NCBI GenBank assembly: GCA_963783695.1
Contig: CAWAOM010000006.1
Coordinates: forward strand, 546,888 to 610,887
Length of the DNA: 64,000 bases
Direction of reading: 5' to 3'
Origin: an uncultured Gammaproteobacteria bacterium
Lineage (GTDB): Bacteria; Pseudomonadota; Gammaproteobacteria; Steroidobacterales; BM003
Part shown: positions 8,980 through 19,054 of the stretch, piece after piece
Position numbering within the stretch: position 1 is the stretch's first letter
Layout: each line of letters begins with the position of its first letter
The notes under the pieces: generated by a model
What the model was told of the DNA's origin: nothing
Databases searched by the model: none
Seen by the model: only the letters and a program-made list of their open reading frames with translations
Made by a program: the position numbers and the translations under genes

Positions 8980-10080
8980 TCATGCTGCCGCGCGCACGCA
9001 GTTCCGACCGTCCGCCTTGGCCTGGTACAACGCGACATCCGCCGCGGCAATCAGCCCTTCCCCAAGCGATTTGAGATCCTTGCTCACGGTGCCGGGCCTG
9101 AGCGAAGCAATACCAATCGAGACTGTCACCGTCAGTGCGTTGTCTTCATCGAGTTCGATTGGCGTGGCGGACACCGCCCGGCGAATACGTTCGGCGAGAT
9201 TCTGCGCATCGTCGCTCTCCGTTGCCGGCAATAAAACGACAAACTCTTCGCCACCGTAACGCGACGCCACATCGCTGGTACGCACTTCCGCATCGATTCG
9301 GCTGGCAATTTCACGCAGCACCCTGTCGCCACCGAGGTGACCATGCTGGTCATTGACTGCCTTGAAGAAATCGACGTCGAGAAAAAGACAGGTGAGAACG
9401 GTATCGTCACGCTGCGCCCGCGCAACCTCTTCGTTCAGACGCGTCGCGAGGTACGCCCGATTGTGCCAGCCGGTCAATACATCCGTGGTGCCACTGCGCA
9501 GCAATCGGGCGCGGTTAGTCGCATTTTCCAACGCGAAAGAGGCGACCTGGCCCAGATGTTCGAGAAAATCCGTGGCGTGATGGCGAGTAAAACGTTTGTC
9601 ATCCACACTGGCAAAATTAATGACTCCCACCAGTGTTTCCTGGCGCCGCAATGGAATCAGCGCAACACTGCCCAACGGATCACCGCCGGCAGGCAGTATC
9701 AGTTGGTGATCACACCCGGTGAAAGGCCCGAGCCATGGCCTGCGCAAATTCGTATACTGCGGCGCGAGACCGTGAAGACTGTCTGCAAATTGCAGGCCCG
9801 GCATGGCATCCGGAGCACGATCCTCGCTCATAATCAGGTGACGCAATTCATGATGCGGATCCCATAGCACCAGCGAGACCGCATCCAGTCCGTAAGAGGC
9901 AGCCAGGCCGCCGACCAGTTCCGACAACAAACCGGACAGCGAGGCCGCTTTGAGAAGCTGCAATTCGCGATCCAGCAACTTGCGAAAAATCGCTTCGTTT
10001 TTAGCGCCCTCGTCACGCAGAATTGCGAGCTGTTCGCGCAGTCTGCGAATCTGCTTCTCTGCACCCGACTCGTCTTTCAT
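8980..10080 (-). CDS. Diguanylate cyclase with N-terminal DUF484/GAF-like domain
   Basis: DVDFFKAVND, RTSD I-site, RYGGEEF; N-terminal coiled coil plus GAF-like region with HATDFLEHL. Confidence 0.85.
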   Translation of the reverse strand: MKDESGAEKQIRRLREQLAILRDEGAKNEAIFRKLLDRELQLLKAASLSGLLSELVGGLAASYGLDAVSLVLWDPHHELRHLIMSEDRAPDAMPGLQFADSLHGLAPQYTNLRRPWLGPFTGCDHQLILPAGGDPLGSVALIPLRRQETLVGVINFASVDDKRFTRHHATDFLEHLGQVASFALENATNRARLLRSGTTDVLTGWHNRAYLATRLNEEVARAQRDDTVLTCLFLDVDFFKAVNDQHGHLGGDRVLREIASRIDAEVRTSDVASRYGGEEFVVLLPATESDDAQNLAERIRRAVSATPIELDEDNALTVTVSIGIASLRPGTVSKDLKSLGEGLIAAADVALYQAKADGRNCVRAAA

Positions 10081-10096
10081 GCGTGCCTGCACCCGT

Positions 10097-11206
10097 CTAA
10101 CCAGCCGCCTTTAGCAGCGGTGGCCGGCCGTGCACATAGGACCGCCCGGCCTCCATCAGCGCAACGAATTCCTGTTCCCTGTTACCGCGCACCTGTTCGG
10201 TGATCGTCGCTACCGCGCGGTTGAGTGCCTCCAGAGCTTCGTCCCCATACTCATTGAGGCGCTGGATTTCGAAATACAGATGCGGATTCTCCTCCGCTAC
10301 CCCCGCGGCAATATGAAACTGGGAATCAAATGTAGTACTCGACATCTTTATTAGTTCGGGGGCGGCCTCGCCACTGCTGTTCAACGCGGTTACAAATGCA
10401 ACATTGAGCGCATGCGAAAGACCCAGCACATAGGCAATCATGCGGTCATGATCATCGAGGCTCATTTCAACTCTTTGCGCCATCGTGGAATCGAACAAGG
10501 CGATGACCTCATCGGTCGCCTTGCGCACACCAACGTCGATAAAAAGCACATGCCGTCCGGACAGCAGCTGCGTGTCCGGGCCAAACATCGGATGAACCGA
10601 GGTAACCCTGCAACCGTTGTCACGCAGTGCCGCAAGGCCTTTACGCAACGGCGTCTTCAGCGAACCAATGTCGAAAATCAGACCTCTGGGGCGCCGTTCG
10701 GCGAGTTGCTCGAGAATATCAGCCGCGATTCGCAACGGCGTCGCTACGACGATCATGTCGTGATCGAGCGCAGTGTCTCTCCAGTCGTCCCAGCGCGGAA
10801 AGGCTGCGCCGCCGTCCTCGGGATCCGCAATCTCGACCTGAAACCCTTGTGACGCGAGGTAGCGCGCGAACCAGTAACCCATGCGGCCCGCCCCACCTAT
10901 CACCAGGGCGCTGCGGCCGTCCCCCTTGCCCTCGGCAACGACCCTGTCGCGCTCCTGCGCGGTCAGGGACGAGCGAATCAGCAAACGCAGAAGCGACTCG
11001 GCAAGATCCGGTTCGAGGCCTATCTCGGTCGCGGTGAAGCGGGCACCGTCAATCACGTTTTTTTCGCGTCTGAAATCGCGGGTGGACTCGCCGGCCGCCC
11101 GCTTGAACGCGCCAATTTCCTTGGCGGTACCGATCCGCTGCGCTACCAGGTTCAGAATCTGGCGGTCGAGACGGGTCAGCTTGTCGCGCAGTTTTTCCTT
11201 CGACAT
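10097..11206 (-). CDS. tyrA: Bifunctional chorismate mutase / prephenate dehydrogenase
   Basis: N-terminal AroQ-type CM (LRDKLTRLDRQIL), Rossmann GGAGRMG, DIGSLK, HPMFGP. Confidence 0.85.
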   Translation of the reverse strand: MSKEKLRDKLTRLDRQILNLVAQRIGTAKEIGAFKRAAGESTRDFRREKNVIDGARFTATEIGLEPDLAESLLRLLIRSSLTAQERDRVVAEGKGDGRSALVIGGAGRMGYWFARYLASQGFQVEIADPEDGGAAFPRWDDWRDTALDHDMIVVATPLRIAADILEQLAERRPRGLIFDIGSLKTPLRKGLAALRDNGCRVTSVHPMFGPDTQLLSGRHVLFIDVGVRKATDEVIALFDSTMAQRVEMSLDDHDRMIAYVLGLSHALNVAFVTALNSSGEAAPELIKMSSTTFDSQFHIAAGVAEENPHLYFEIQRLNEYGDEALEALNRAVATITEQVRGNREQEFVALMEAGRSYVHGRPPLLKAAG

Positions 11207-11251
11207 TTTCCGATATTTCCCGGGCAAAGAATTGTTTACAGATCCACGATG

Positions 11252-11788
11252 TTAACGACAGCCTTCCTGTTCACACCGAAGGCGGGCATAGGGCACGAGC
11301 TGGTCAAAAACAAAATGGCGCCAGACCGCTTCGACACTATCGGCCCAACCGTCCTGCATTTGCCCGGAACCATTCACGGTCAAACGCAGCAGCGTACCGG
11401 AGCCAGCAGTCTCGAACTCAAAGCTAAAAACGATTTCCGTTGCCCATCCATTGAAACCCAACGGCCCCGCCATGGTCAGTTTGTCACCGGGCCGGGCAAA
11501 TATCACCCGGGCATGCTCCACGCCATTACCGGCTTCATCGAAGATCTCATAAAAACCGCCGCCGGGCCGTGCATCGATATACAGCCGCAGGGGGTTTTCA
11601 GAAAAAGTGTGATCCCACCAGCCACTGATGTCGCCCGTGACCAGCTGGTAGGAAAAATCGGCATCGCCGGGAAGCTCGGCCTCCAGCGTAAAGTGGAACT
11701 CCCCCACCTCGATGGGCTCGTCCGCAACCGCAGCGACCGTCCAGAGGAAAACGGCAATAACCAGCACGTACATCCGGATTGACAACAT
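11252..11788 (-). CDS. Secreted SRPBCC-like protein
   Basis: Signal peptide; GWWDHTFS, RPGGGFYE, MAGPLG pattern typical of SRPBCC-like proteins. Confidence 0.6.
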   Translation of the reverse strand: MLSIRMYVLVIAVFLWTVAAVADEPIEVGEFHFTLEAELPGDADFSYQLVTGDISGWWDHTFSENPLRLYIDARPGGGFYEIFDEAGNGVEHARVIFARPGDKLTMAGPLGFNGWATEIVFSFEFETAGSGTLLRLTVNGSGQMQDGWADSVEAVWRHFVFDQLVPYARLRCEQEGCR

Positions 11789-11884
11789 CGCCACCTCGGA
11801 ATCGACAAAGCCTGGTGCCCGGATTTTCGAGCGACATTTCTTTTTACCGGCAGCCGCTGCAGTAGACAAGCCTGGAGGGCATGA

Positions 11885-13330
11885 CTAGCGCAAAAAGAAC
11901 TTCATCATCAGACGCTGTACGAAATTGCCATAAGGCGGATATATAGCGCGCGCGGAATTGAATGCCGGCCGGCTCAGCACGGCCTTGGCATGACTGAAGG
12001 TCAGGAATCCCTCATGGCCATGGTAGGCACCCATTCCCGACGGACCGATTCCGCCGAATGGCAGATCATCACACGCAACGTGCATTACCGCATCGTTCAG
12101 GCACAAACCGCCGGAATGGGTTTCGGCAATGACGCGGCGGCGACCCGCCGCATCATCGTCAAAATAATTCAACGCAAGTGGGCGCGGTCGCGCGTTGACG
12201 TACTCGAGTGCATCGTCCATCGATTCAAAGGTCAGCACAGGTAGTATCGGCCCAAAAATCTCTTCCTGCATCACGCGCATGTCGTCGGTGGCACCGAGCA
12301 CGAGCGTCAGCGGAATCTTGCGGCCCGCTGCCGGGAACTCCTCCGCGGCAGGATTCAGCGCAACGAGCTGCGCGCCCTTCGCCTTCGCGTCATCGAGCCA
12401 TGCGCCAAGGCGATCGTACTGACGCTGATTCACAATACTTGTGTAGTCCGGATTCTCGGCGAGGCTCGGATACATTGTCGCAAACGCCTTGGTCATCTCG
12501 GCCACAAACTCGTCAAGGCGCGGTTTTGGACAGAGGACATAGTCAGGTGCAACGCAGGTCTGCCCGGCATTTAAGGCTTTTCCAAAACAGATCCGTTCAG
12601 CTGCCCGCGCCATCGGAATGTCGTTACCGATCAGGGTCGGAGACTTGCCTCCCAACTCGAGGGTGACCGGAGTGAGGTTCTTCGCGGCGGCTGCCATCAC
12701 CATACGGCCGACCGCGGTGGATCCGGTAAAAAAGAGGTGATCGAAGGGCTTTTCGGAAAACGCCACGCCGACCTCGGCTTCGCCGTCGACGACGGCAACC
12801 AGGTCTTCCGGAAATATTTCACCGAGCATTTTTGCCAGCACGGCACTGGTTTGCGGAGTAAATTCAGACATCTTTATCAGTGCCCGATTACCCGCCGCCA
12901 GCGCATAGGTCAGAGGCGCCACTGCCAATTGCACCGGATAGTTCCACGGCACGATGATGCCAACGACGCCCTTGGGCTGATAATGCACCCTGGCGCGGGT
13001 GGTCATCATCAACAGGCCCACCTCGCGTCTGGAAGGTTTCATCCAGCGCCGGATATGGCGCCGCGCAAACTTGATCCCTTCGGCCGCAACCAGTATTTCA
13101 GCGAATAACGTCTCGAAGGTCGCGCGATTTCCGAAATCGGCCGAAACGGCCTCGGCGATGGCTTCCTTGTTCGAGATCAGTGCGGTACGCAAAAGTCTGA
13201 GATTCTGCCGCCGCTCCTCCGCGCTCGGCATCGGATTACGCCGAAACGCCGCACGCTGGGACTCGAACAAACCTTCAAGACGCTCGAGCTCCGCGAATGG
13301 GGTCCCGATCAATTCAGCCTGCGCTGCCAT
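11885..13330 (-). CDS. Aldehyde dehydrogenase (coniferyl-aldehyde dehydrogenase-like)
   Basis: PWNYP, FTGST, LELGGKSP, NAGQTCVAPDY, EEIFGP. Confidence 0.92.
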   Translation of the reverse strand: MAAQAELIGTPFAELERLEGLFESQRAAFRRNPMPSAEERRQNLRLLRTALISNKEAIAEAVSADFGNRATFETLFAEILVAAEGIKFARRHIRRWMKPSRREVGLLMMTTRARVHYQPKGVVGIIVPWNYPVQLAVAPLTYALAAGNRALIKMSEFTPQTSAVLAKMLGEIFPEDLVAVVDGEAEVGVAFSEKPFDHLFFTGSTAVGRMVMAAAAKNLTPVTLELGGKSPTLIGNDIPMARAAERICFGKALNAGQTCVAPDYVLCPKPRLDEFVAEMTKAFATMYPSLAENPDYTSIVNQRQYDRLGAWLDDAKAKGAQLVALNPAAEEFPAAGRKIPLTLVLGATDDMRVMQEEIFGPILPVLTFESMDDALEYVNARPRPLALNYFDDDAAGRRRVIAETHSGGLCLNDAVMHVACDDLPFGGIGPSGMGAYHGHEGFLTFSHAKAVLSRPAFNSARAIYPPYGNFVQRLMMKFFLR

Positions 13331-13405
13331 GCTCGCACTCCGGGTAGGGCCAGATTCAGACCGGTCAGTATAACATCCGCAAATCTGGCCCCGCGCCCTA
13401 AACGG

Positions 13406-14266
13406 CTAGCTTTTGCCTGCCGCCGACAGCCCCGGCCGGCGCCAGCCAAGGCGCCGCCACCACGCGGTCGAGGGCGACTGCTGCAGGTGCTCGAGAAAAA
13501 ATTCGACGACCAGCTTGTTAAAGCGCTCTGACTGGTCAAACGGCGTGCCATGACGACTCTCGTGGACCACTTCTAGCCTGGCGTGCGGCATTGCCGCCAC
13601 GAACTCCGCCTTCTCCTCAATCGGGCTATAATCCTGATCGGCCGCAACGACAAGTGTCGGAACACTGATCCGCGGCAACAGATCCCTGACGGTCCATCCT
13701 CTCAGCGCGTGCAGCGCCGCGAGATAGGAATGCGGCGTGTTGTGGCGATGACGTTCGATCATGCGCCGGCGCAAGTGACCCTGGTGCGCATGGGGAAAAA
13801 GTCTTTTCGCTCCAAACCGGGCCATACGCTCCATGCCAACCAGCCTCGCCATGGCTATCCTCACCAGCACGAACATCTGTTTGCGCCAGTGATCGATCTC
13901 GAAACTGGCGAGCGTATTGACAAGGACCATGCTGGCGAAGCGATCACTCGCATGGGTCGCCATCTGCAGCGCGATCGCGCCGCCCATCGAAAACCCGAGT
14001 ACGTGGCAACGCTCGATGTTCATGCTGTCGAGCAATGCAATAAGGTCTTCACCGTACAACCTGATGCTGTAGGGGCCCGGCGGCTTACTGGAGCGGCCGA
14101 ACCCCCGCAAATCCGGAGCTATTACCGTGAAATGCTCGGCATAAACACCAATCTGCTCATCCCAGTCGCTGCTCGAAGAACCCAGCCCATGCAACAGCAA
14201 CAGCGGCTCGCCGTTTCCGGCAAGCTCGCAGTAAAGGTCAATTCCATTGACTTTGTAGTGCGGCAC
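13406..14266 (-). CDS. Alpha/beta hydrolase
   Basis: LLHGLGS, DLRGFGRS, GFSMGG nucleophile elbow. Confidence 0.9.
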   Translation of the reverse strand: MPHYKVNGIDLYCELAGNGEPLLLLHGLGSSSSDWDEQIGVYAEHFTVIAPDLRGFGRSSKPPGPYSIRLYGEDLIALLDSMNIERCHVLGFSMGGAIALQMATHASDRFASMVLVNTLASFEIDHWRKQMFVLVRIAMARLVGMERMARFGAKRLFPHAHQGHLRRRMIERHRHNTPHSYLAALHALRGWTVRDLLPRISVPTLVVAADQDYSPIEEKAEFVAAMPHARLEVVHESRHGTPFDQSERFNKLVVEFFLEHLQQSPSTAWWRRLGWRRPGLSAAGKS

Positions 14267-14312
14267 TCTCGATCCTCCCGCGTTCCTGATGCCTCATCTG
14301 CCCAACCCCCGC

Positions 14313-14328
14313 AGTGATCTGCTTCACA
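14313..14328. promoter_or_regulatory. CRP-family binding site between divergent hydrolase and GGT genes
   Basis: AGTGA-N6-TCACA, 9/10 match to TGTGA-N6-TCACA. Confidence 0.5.
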
Positions 14329-14422
14329 GTTCACGTTCATTGCAATTCGGGCGCTCTGATATTATGCCGCCTCCATGATAGCTACCACGGCCTTGCGGCC
14401 CACAACTTTTTAGGGGCGGGAC

Positions 14423-15952
14423 ATGAGCTCCACCGCAGTCGTCTGCAGCACGCCACTGGCGGCAGAGGCAGCCGTCGACATCGTGGGCCAGGGCGGCAAC
14501 GCAATCGATGTGGCGATCGCATCGGTACTCGTGTCGATGGCCACCGAACCGGGCGTTTGTGCGCTGACCTCCGGCGGCTACCTGACCATCTGGCTGCCGG
14601 ACAGCGCTCCGCTGACGATAGATGGCAATGTCTCGATGCCGGGCCATGGATCGAAGCTCCACGACCCTGCCAGCGCGTGCCGGCGGGTTGTGCTTGAATA
14701 CGGCGGTGGCGTCGAAACCCTGACCGGCGCCGGCAGCGTCGCCACCCCGGCGGGCATCGCGGCGCTCGCACATGCATCGCGCGAATACGGGCACCTCCCG
14801 TGGCGGCAGCTGGTCGGGCCGGCGCTCGACGCGGTGCGCAACGGATTCCCGCTGTCCGCTGCCTCTTACGGATATCTGAAATATTCGGGCGAGTCGATAT
14901 TTGGAATTGACCCGGACAGCCGAAAAGCGCTCTTTCACAATGACGGACGACTGAAAACGCCGGGCGAGCCGGTAATCGTCCCTCACCTGGCCGAATCCCT
15001 GCAAACCCTTGCCGAGGAGGGTCCGGAATCCTTCTACACCGGCACTCTCGGCAAGGCCATCGCCGACTATGTCCAGACAAATGGCGGGTTGCTTGGCCAA
15101 GAGGACCTCGATCGTTGCAATCCGCTCGTGCGCCCCTGCCTGGTCGTCGACCTCGATGATTGGGAAATTGCCCTCAACCCGCCACCGGCGATCGGCGGCG
15201 CGACGCTGGCTGCAATGCTGATTGAGCTTCGGCGCCTGGAGTTTTCGACCTGGGGCCCGGCCCAGATCGCGGCACTGGCGCGGATCCAGGCAGCCGTGCT
15301 CGGTTACCGACGCGAACATCTCGACTGGAGTCAGGCCCTTGCTGCCGACGTCGACGGCATGCTGACCGACTGCGTCCAAGGTGAATTTCTGAAAGGCTGG
15401 CGCGGCTCTGCGTCGACTGTGCACACCTCGGCGGTCGACAACGGCGGCCTCGGCTGTGCAATCACGATGTCGTCCGGTTACGGCGCAGGGGTCATGCCGC
15501 CGGGTACCGGCCTGTGGCTTAACAACAGCCTCGGCGAAATCGAACTGAACCGGCGCGGATTCGATGTTGGGGCACCCGGAACCATATTGCCGTCCAACAT
15601 GGCGCCAACAGTGGCACGATGCCGCGACGGCACGACTCTTGCGGTCGGCTCGCCCGGCGCGGACCGGATAACGACCGCGCTGGCACAGTTCCTCGTTAAC
15701 CACCTCCATCTCGGAATGGACCTGCAGCAGGCAGTCGATCACCCGCGCGTACATGCGGAGTTTGTCGATGACCGATTTCGCCTCGCGTGTGAGCCGGGAG
15801 TTCCGACCGCTGAGGTTGACATCCCCACGCGCCACTTCGAAGAGCTGTCGATGTTTTTCGGTGGCGTCGCCGCCGCAAGCTGGCATCCCGAGCGCGGATT
15901 CGCCACCGGCGCAGACCCGCGGCGCGCCGGAAGTCAGCGTCTCGCGAGCTAG
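14423..15952 (+). CDS. Gamma-glutamyltransferase family protein
   Basis: GGNAIDVAIA, STVHTSAVD autocleavage Thr region, SNMAPT, GSPGADRI, GADPRR. Confidence 0.9.
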   Translation: MSSTAVVCSTPLAAEAAVDIVGQGGNAIDVAIASVLVSMATEPGVCALTSGGYLTIWLPDSAPLTIDGNVSMPGHGSKLHDPASACRRVVLEYGGGVETLTGAGSVATPAGIAALAHASREYGHLPWRQLVGPALDAVRNGFPLSAASYGYLKYSGESIFGIDPDSRKALFHNDGRLKTPGEPVIVPHLAESLQTLAEEGPESFYTGTLGKAIADYVQTNGGLLGQEDLDRCNPLVRPCLVVDLDDWEIALNPPPAIGGATLAAMLIELRRLEFSTWGPAQIAALARIQAAVLGYRREHLDWSQALAADVDGMLTDCVQGEFLKGWRGSASTVHTSAVDNGGLGCAITMSSGYGAGVMPPGTGLWLNNSLGEIELNRRGFDVGAPGTILPSNMAPTVARCRDGTTLAVGSPGADRITTALAQFLVNHLHLGMDLQQAVDHPRVHAEFVDDRFRLACEPGVPTAEVDIPTRHFEELSMFFGGVAAASWHPERGFATGADPRRAGSQRLAS

Positions 15953-16142
15953 TGCGTGCCAGCTGCCACGCCCGGGCCATTTGCTACCAGACTGCGGCAA
16001 TTGCGCGATCGCCCGCACTACGGGCTGGGCACAGTTTTTTCGCGCCGGCGAAACCGGTCTGCGCTCGGCGCGAACTCACTGCTGCAGGCACAGAGCTGCC
16101 GGGAGCGACTGCTGCGCGACCGGGATTGGCGGAGAAACCCTT

Positions 16143-16799
16143 ATGAATAAGACGAAACGCAGCGCACTGATGGCCGGAGCCAGCGGCCTGGTGGGTGCGG
16201 CGCTGCTCGATCAGCTGCTCAGCAATAAAAAATATGCAGCGGTACACTCGCTGGTGCGAAAAACGACCGGACTGAATCATCGCAAATTGCACGAACATGT
16301 CGTCCATTTCGATGATCTCGACGAATACGCGTTGGACAGCGGGATAACTGACGCCTTCTGTTGTCTCGGAACGACCATGCGCAGGGCCGGTTCAAAGGAG
16401 GCCTTTGCGATCGTTGACCGCGACTACCCGCTTGCCTTTGCCGCGCTGGCCCAACGCAGTGGCTGCGGCCGTCTCGCGGTGGTTTCGGCACTGGGTGCGG
16501 GCAGCGGATCGGCGTTTTTTTACAACCAGATCAAAGGCGAGATGGAAGAAGGACTGAAAAAAATGGGATTTGCACATCTCGCAATCGTCAGGCCATCGCT
16601 GCTGCGTGGGCAGCGCCGTGAGTTCCGCGCCGGTGAGGCCCTCAGTACGCCGATCGCCGTCGCGCTGAGTCCGCTGCTGGTCGGTAGTCTGCGCAAGTAC
16701 CGGCCGGTCGACGCGTCTCGCGTCGCACAGATGACAATGAATGCTCTGGACAATCCCGCCGGCCGTGTCCGGGTGATCTATCCGACTGAGGAACTTTGA
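16143..16799 (+). CDS. NAD(P)-binding oxidoreductase (YraR/TIP30-like)
   Basis: GASGLVG, FCCLGTT, FYNQIKGEME, RPSLLRG. Confidence 0.85.
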   Translation: MNKTKRSALMAGASGLVGAALLDQLLSNKKYAAVHSLVRKTTGLNHRKLHEHVVHFDDLDEYALDSGITDAFCCLGTTMRRAGSKEAFAIVDRDYPLAFAALAQRSGCGRLAVVSALGAGSGSAFFYNQIKGEMEEGLKKMGFAHLAIVRPSLLRGQRREFRAGEALSTPIAVALSPLLVGSLRKYRPVDASRVAQMTMNALDNPAGRVRVIYPTEEL

Positions 16800-17911
16800 T
16801 GTCGCAGGCGTCCACCGAGTCGCGGCCGCGGCGATGGCTGATACGTCTGCTGGCGCTCATTCTCGTGATAACGGTGGCGCTGGCAAGCTGCGCTGCGCGG
16901 ACGCCGCGCTACGACGGGCCGGTGTCGTCAAATTTCGACGGGACACGTTTCCACAATCCGACACCGGTTGTGAAAACCGTGACCGATCTGCTGCGGTGGC
17001 GGATGAACCGCGAGCCCGGTCAATGGGAGTTTCGCGACGTCGAGCACATCGGCGAAGCTCCTCCGAAACGGGTCGATGGCGGCGCGATCCGCAGCACTTT
17101 TGTCAATCATGCCACTGTACTGATTCAGACTGGCGGCGTGAATATTCTGACCGATCCCATCTGGTCGGAGCGCGCCAGCCCCCTCGAATGGGCCGGGCCA
17201 CGGCGCTTTGGCGAACCGGGAATCGCGTTCGCTGATCTGCCCCCGATTGACGCAGTTCTGGTAAGCCACAATCACTACGATCATATGGACCTGACAACAC
17301 TGGCGCGCCTGCATCGAACCCATGCTCCGGTCTTTGTCGTGCCCCTCGGCAATGCCGCCTACCTGCAGCGGGCCGGTATCGAAAACATTGTCGAACTCGA
17401 CTGGTGGCAGCAGCTCAGCGTCGGTAGTGTGACTATCCATGCAGTGCCGGCGAAGCACTGGTCACGGCGTGGACTCTTCGATACCAATCATGCGCTGTGG
17501 GCCGGCTATTATCTGACCCAGCCCGAGGCGTCTGTATTTTTTGCCGGCGACACCGGCATGAGTGAGCACTTCGCGGAAATTCGCCAGAGACTGGGGGCGC
17601 CCGATCTTGCGCTACTACCCATCGGCGCCTACCTGCCGCGCTGGTTCATGGAACCGCAACATATCGACCCGGCGGAAGCAGTCCGGGCAAGTGATCAACT
17701 GGGCGCACGTTATGGCATGGCCATACACTTTGGCACTTTCGCCCTTGGTGACGATGGCCAGGACCAGTCAGTCGCCGACCTCTCAACCGCCCTCGCTTCC
17801 ACATTTGACGCAACAGCCGAATTCTGGATTCCTCGCCAGGGCGAGAGCCGCGATTTCTATCGCGATAGCGAGTGGGCGCGGTTGCCGGCACAGCGAGCGC
17901 CGCGGCAGTGA
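16799..17911 (+). CDS. MBL-fold metallo-hydrolase (RomA/NAPE-PLD-like)
   Basis: LTDPIWS, SHNHYDHMD, FAGDTG, IHFGTF. Confidence 0.9.
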   Translation: MSQASTESRPRRWLIRLLALILVITVALASCAARTPRYDGPVSSNFDGTRFHNPTPVVKTVTDLLRWRMNREPGQWEFRDVEHIGEAPPKRVDGGAIRSTFVNHATVLIQTGGVNILTDPIWSERASPLEWAGPRRFGEPGIAFADLPPIDAVLVSHNHYDHMDLTTLARLHRTHAPVFVVPLGNAAYLQRAGIENIVELDWWQQLSVGSVTIHAVPAKHWSRRGLFDTNHALWAGYYLTQPEASVFFAGDTGMSEHFAEIRQRLGAPDLALLPIGAYLPRWFMEPQHIDPAEAVRASDQLGARYGMAIHFGTFALGDDGQDQSVADLSTALASTFDATAEFWIPRQGESRDFYRDSEWARLPAQRAPRQ

Positions 17912-17978
17912 GCGGTCGCTCGCCAACCGCGCAGGGGTCGACCTGTGCGCACCGCAACCGCGCGGCCGCCGCAATGCA

Positions 17979-18200
17979 ATGGCGGTCATTGCAGTGATTG
18001 CGGATAGTAATCCGGGCGAGCTACTGGAAGCAGAGGTCCAGTGTCCGTTTTGCTGGGAATCCATCACACTTCTGGTCGACCCGAGTTGCGACCACCAGCG
18101 CTACATCGAAGACTGTCATGTATGCTGCCGTCCGATCGAACTGACCATCCAGACCGGCGCCGACCGCATACTCGCGGTGCAGGCGGACCGGGCTGACTGA
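17979..18200 (+). CDS. CPXCG-type cysteine-rich small protein
   Basis: CPFC...YIEDCHVCCRPI pattern; start codon uncertain. Confidence 0.8.
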   Translation: MAVIAVIADSNPGELLEAEVQCPFCWESITLLVDPSCDHQRYIEDCHVCCRPIELTIQTGADRILAVQADRAD

Positions 18201-18226
18201 ACCGAGCCCCGACGGACCCAACCAGG

Positions 18227-19012
18227 ATGGCACAAGGCAATCTGTTCAAAGGTCTCCGCATCGCATTGCTGCTTTACGTGCTGGCAATGGTAGCCACCGG
18301 CGCATTCCTCGCTCAGGCTCGCTCCACCGACTGGAACGATACTCTGTGGCTAGCGCTGTATCCGGTCGCTGCACCCACCGGCACCGACATGGAAACATTC
18401 GTCGACTCGCTGTCCGTGGCAAATTTCACTGATATCGAAACTTTTATGCAGAGCGAGGCCCGACGCTACGGCATCGCCCTGGAAAAGACCGCAAAGGTCC
18501 ATCTCGGATCGGTCATTCAGACCCAGCCGCCGCCGCGGCCGCCGCAGCATTCGGCGCTGGCCAATGCGTACTGGAGCCTGCGGTTGCGCTTCTGGGCATG
18601 GCGCGCCGGCCTGTCGCAACAAGGACCTGCGCCTGATATTCGTATTTTCCTGGTCTATCACGACCCCGGCACCAGTACCGTGCTACCGCACTCAGTGGGG
18701 TTAAAAAGCGGACTGCTGGGTGTCGCGCATTTGTTTGCCGATCCGCGTGCCGCCGCGGGTAATAACGTCGTTATCGCCCACGAGTTGCTTCACACTCTGG
18801 GCGCCAGTGACAAATACGATCCGGAAACACTGATGCCGGTTTTCCCGGACGGCTACGCCAGCCCGGAGGCGCAACCTTTGCTGCCGCAAAAACGGGCCGA
18901 AATCATGGCGGGCCGGATTCCGCTCAACGAGCAGGAAGCACGGATGCCCGGTTCACTCAAAGATGTCGTGATCGGGCCGGCCACGGCCAGCGAAATCCGT
19001 CTCGCGCGCTGA
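18227..19012 (+). CDS. Membrane-anchored hypothetical protein with HExxH zinc-peptidase motif
   Basis: N-terminal TM; VIAHELLHTLGASDKY and EIMAG. Confidence 0.7.
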   Translation: MAQGNLFKGLRIALLLYVLAMVATGAFLAQARSTDWNDTLWLALYPVAAPTGTDMETFVDSLSVANFTDIETFMQSEARRYGIALEKTAKVHLGSVIQTQPPPRPPQHSALANAYWSLRLRFWAWRAGLSQQGPAPDIRIFLVYHDPGTSTVLPHSVGLKSGLLGVAHLFADPRAAAGNNVVIAHELLHTLGASDKYDPETLMPVFPDGYASPEAQPLLPQKRAEIMAGRIPLNEQEARMPGSLKDVVIGPATASEIRLAR

Positions 19013-19054
19013 ACGCCGCGCTTGCGGCAGGACCGCCTGTGCCGCGCCGACTGA

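Noticed and set aside
14324-16018. 564-aa minus-strand ORF
   Set aside because: Antisense shadow of the GGT gene; no motifs, typical of GC-rich DNA
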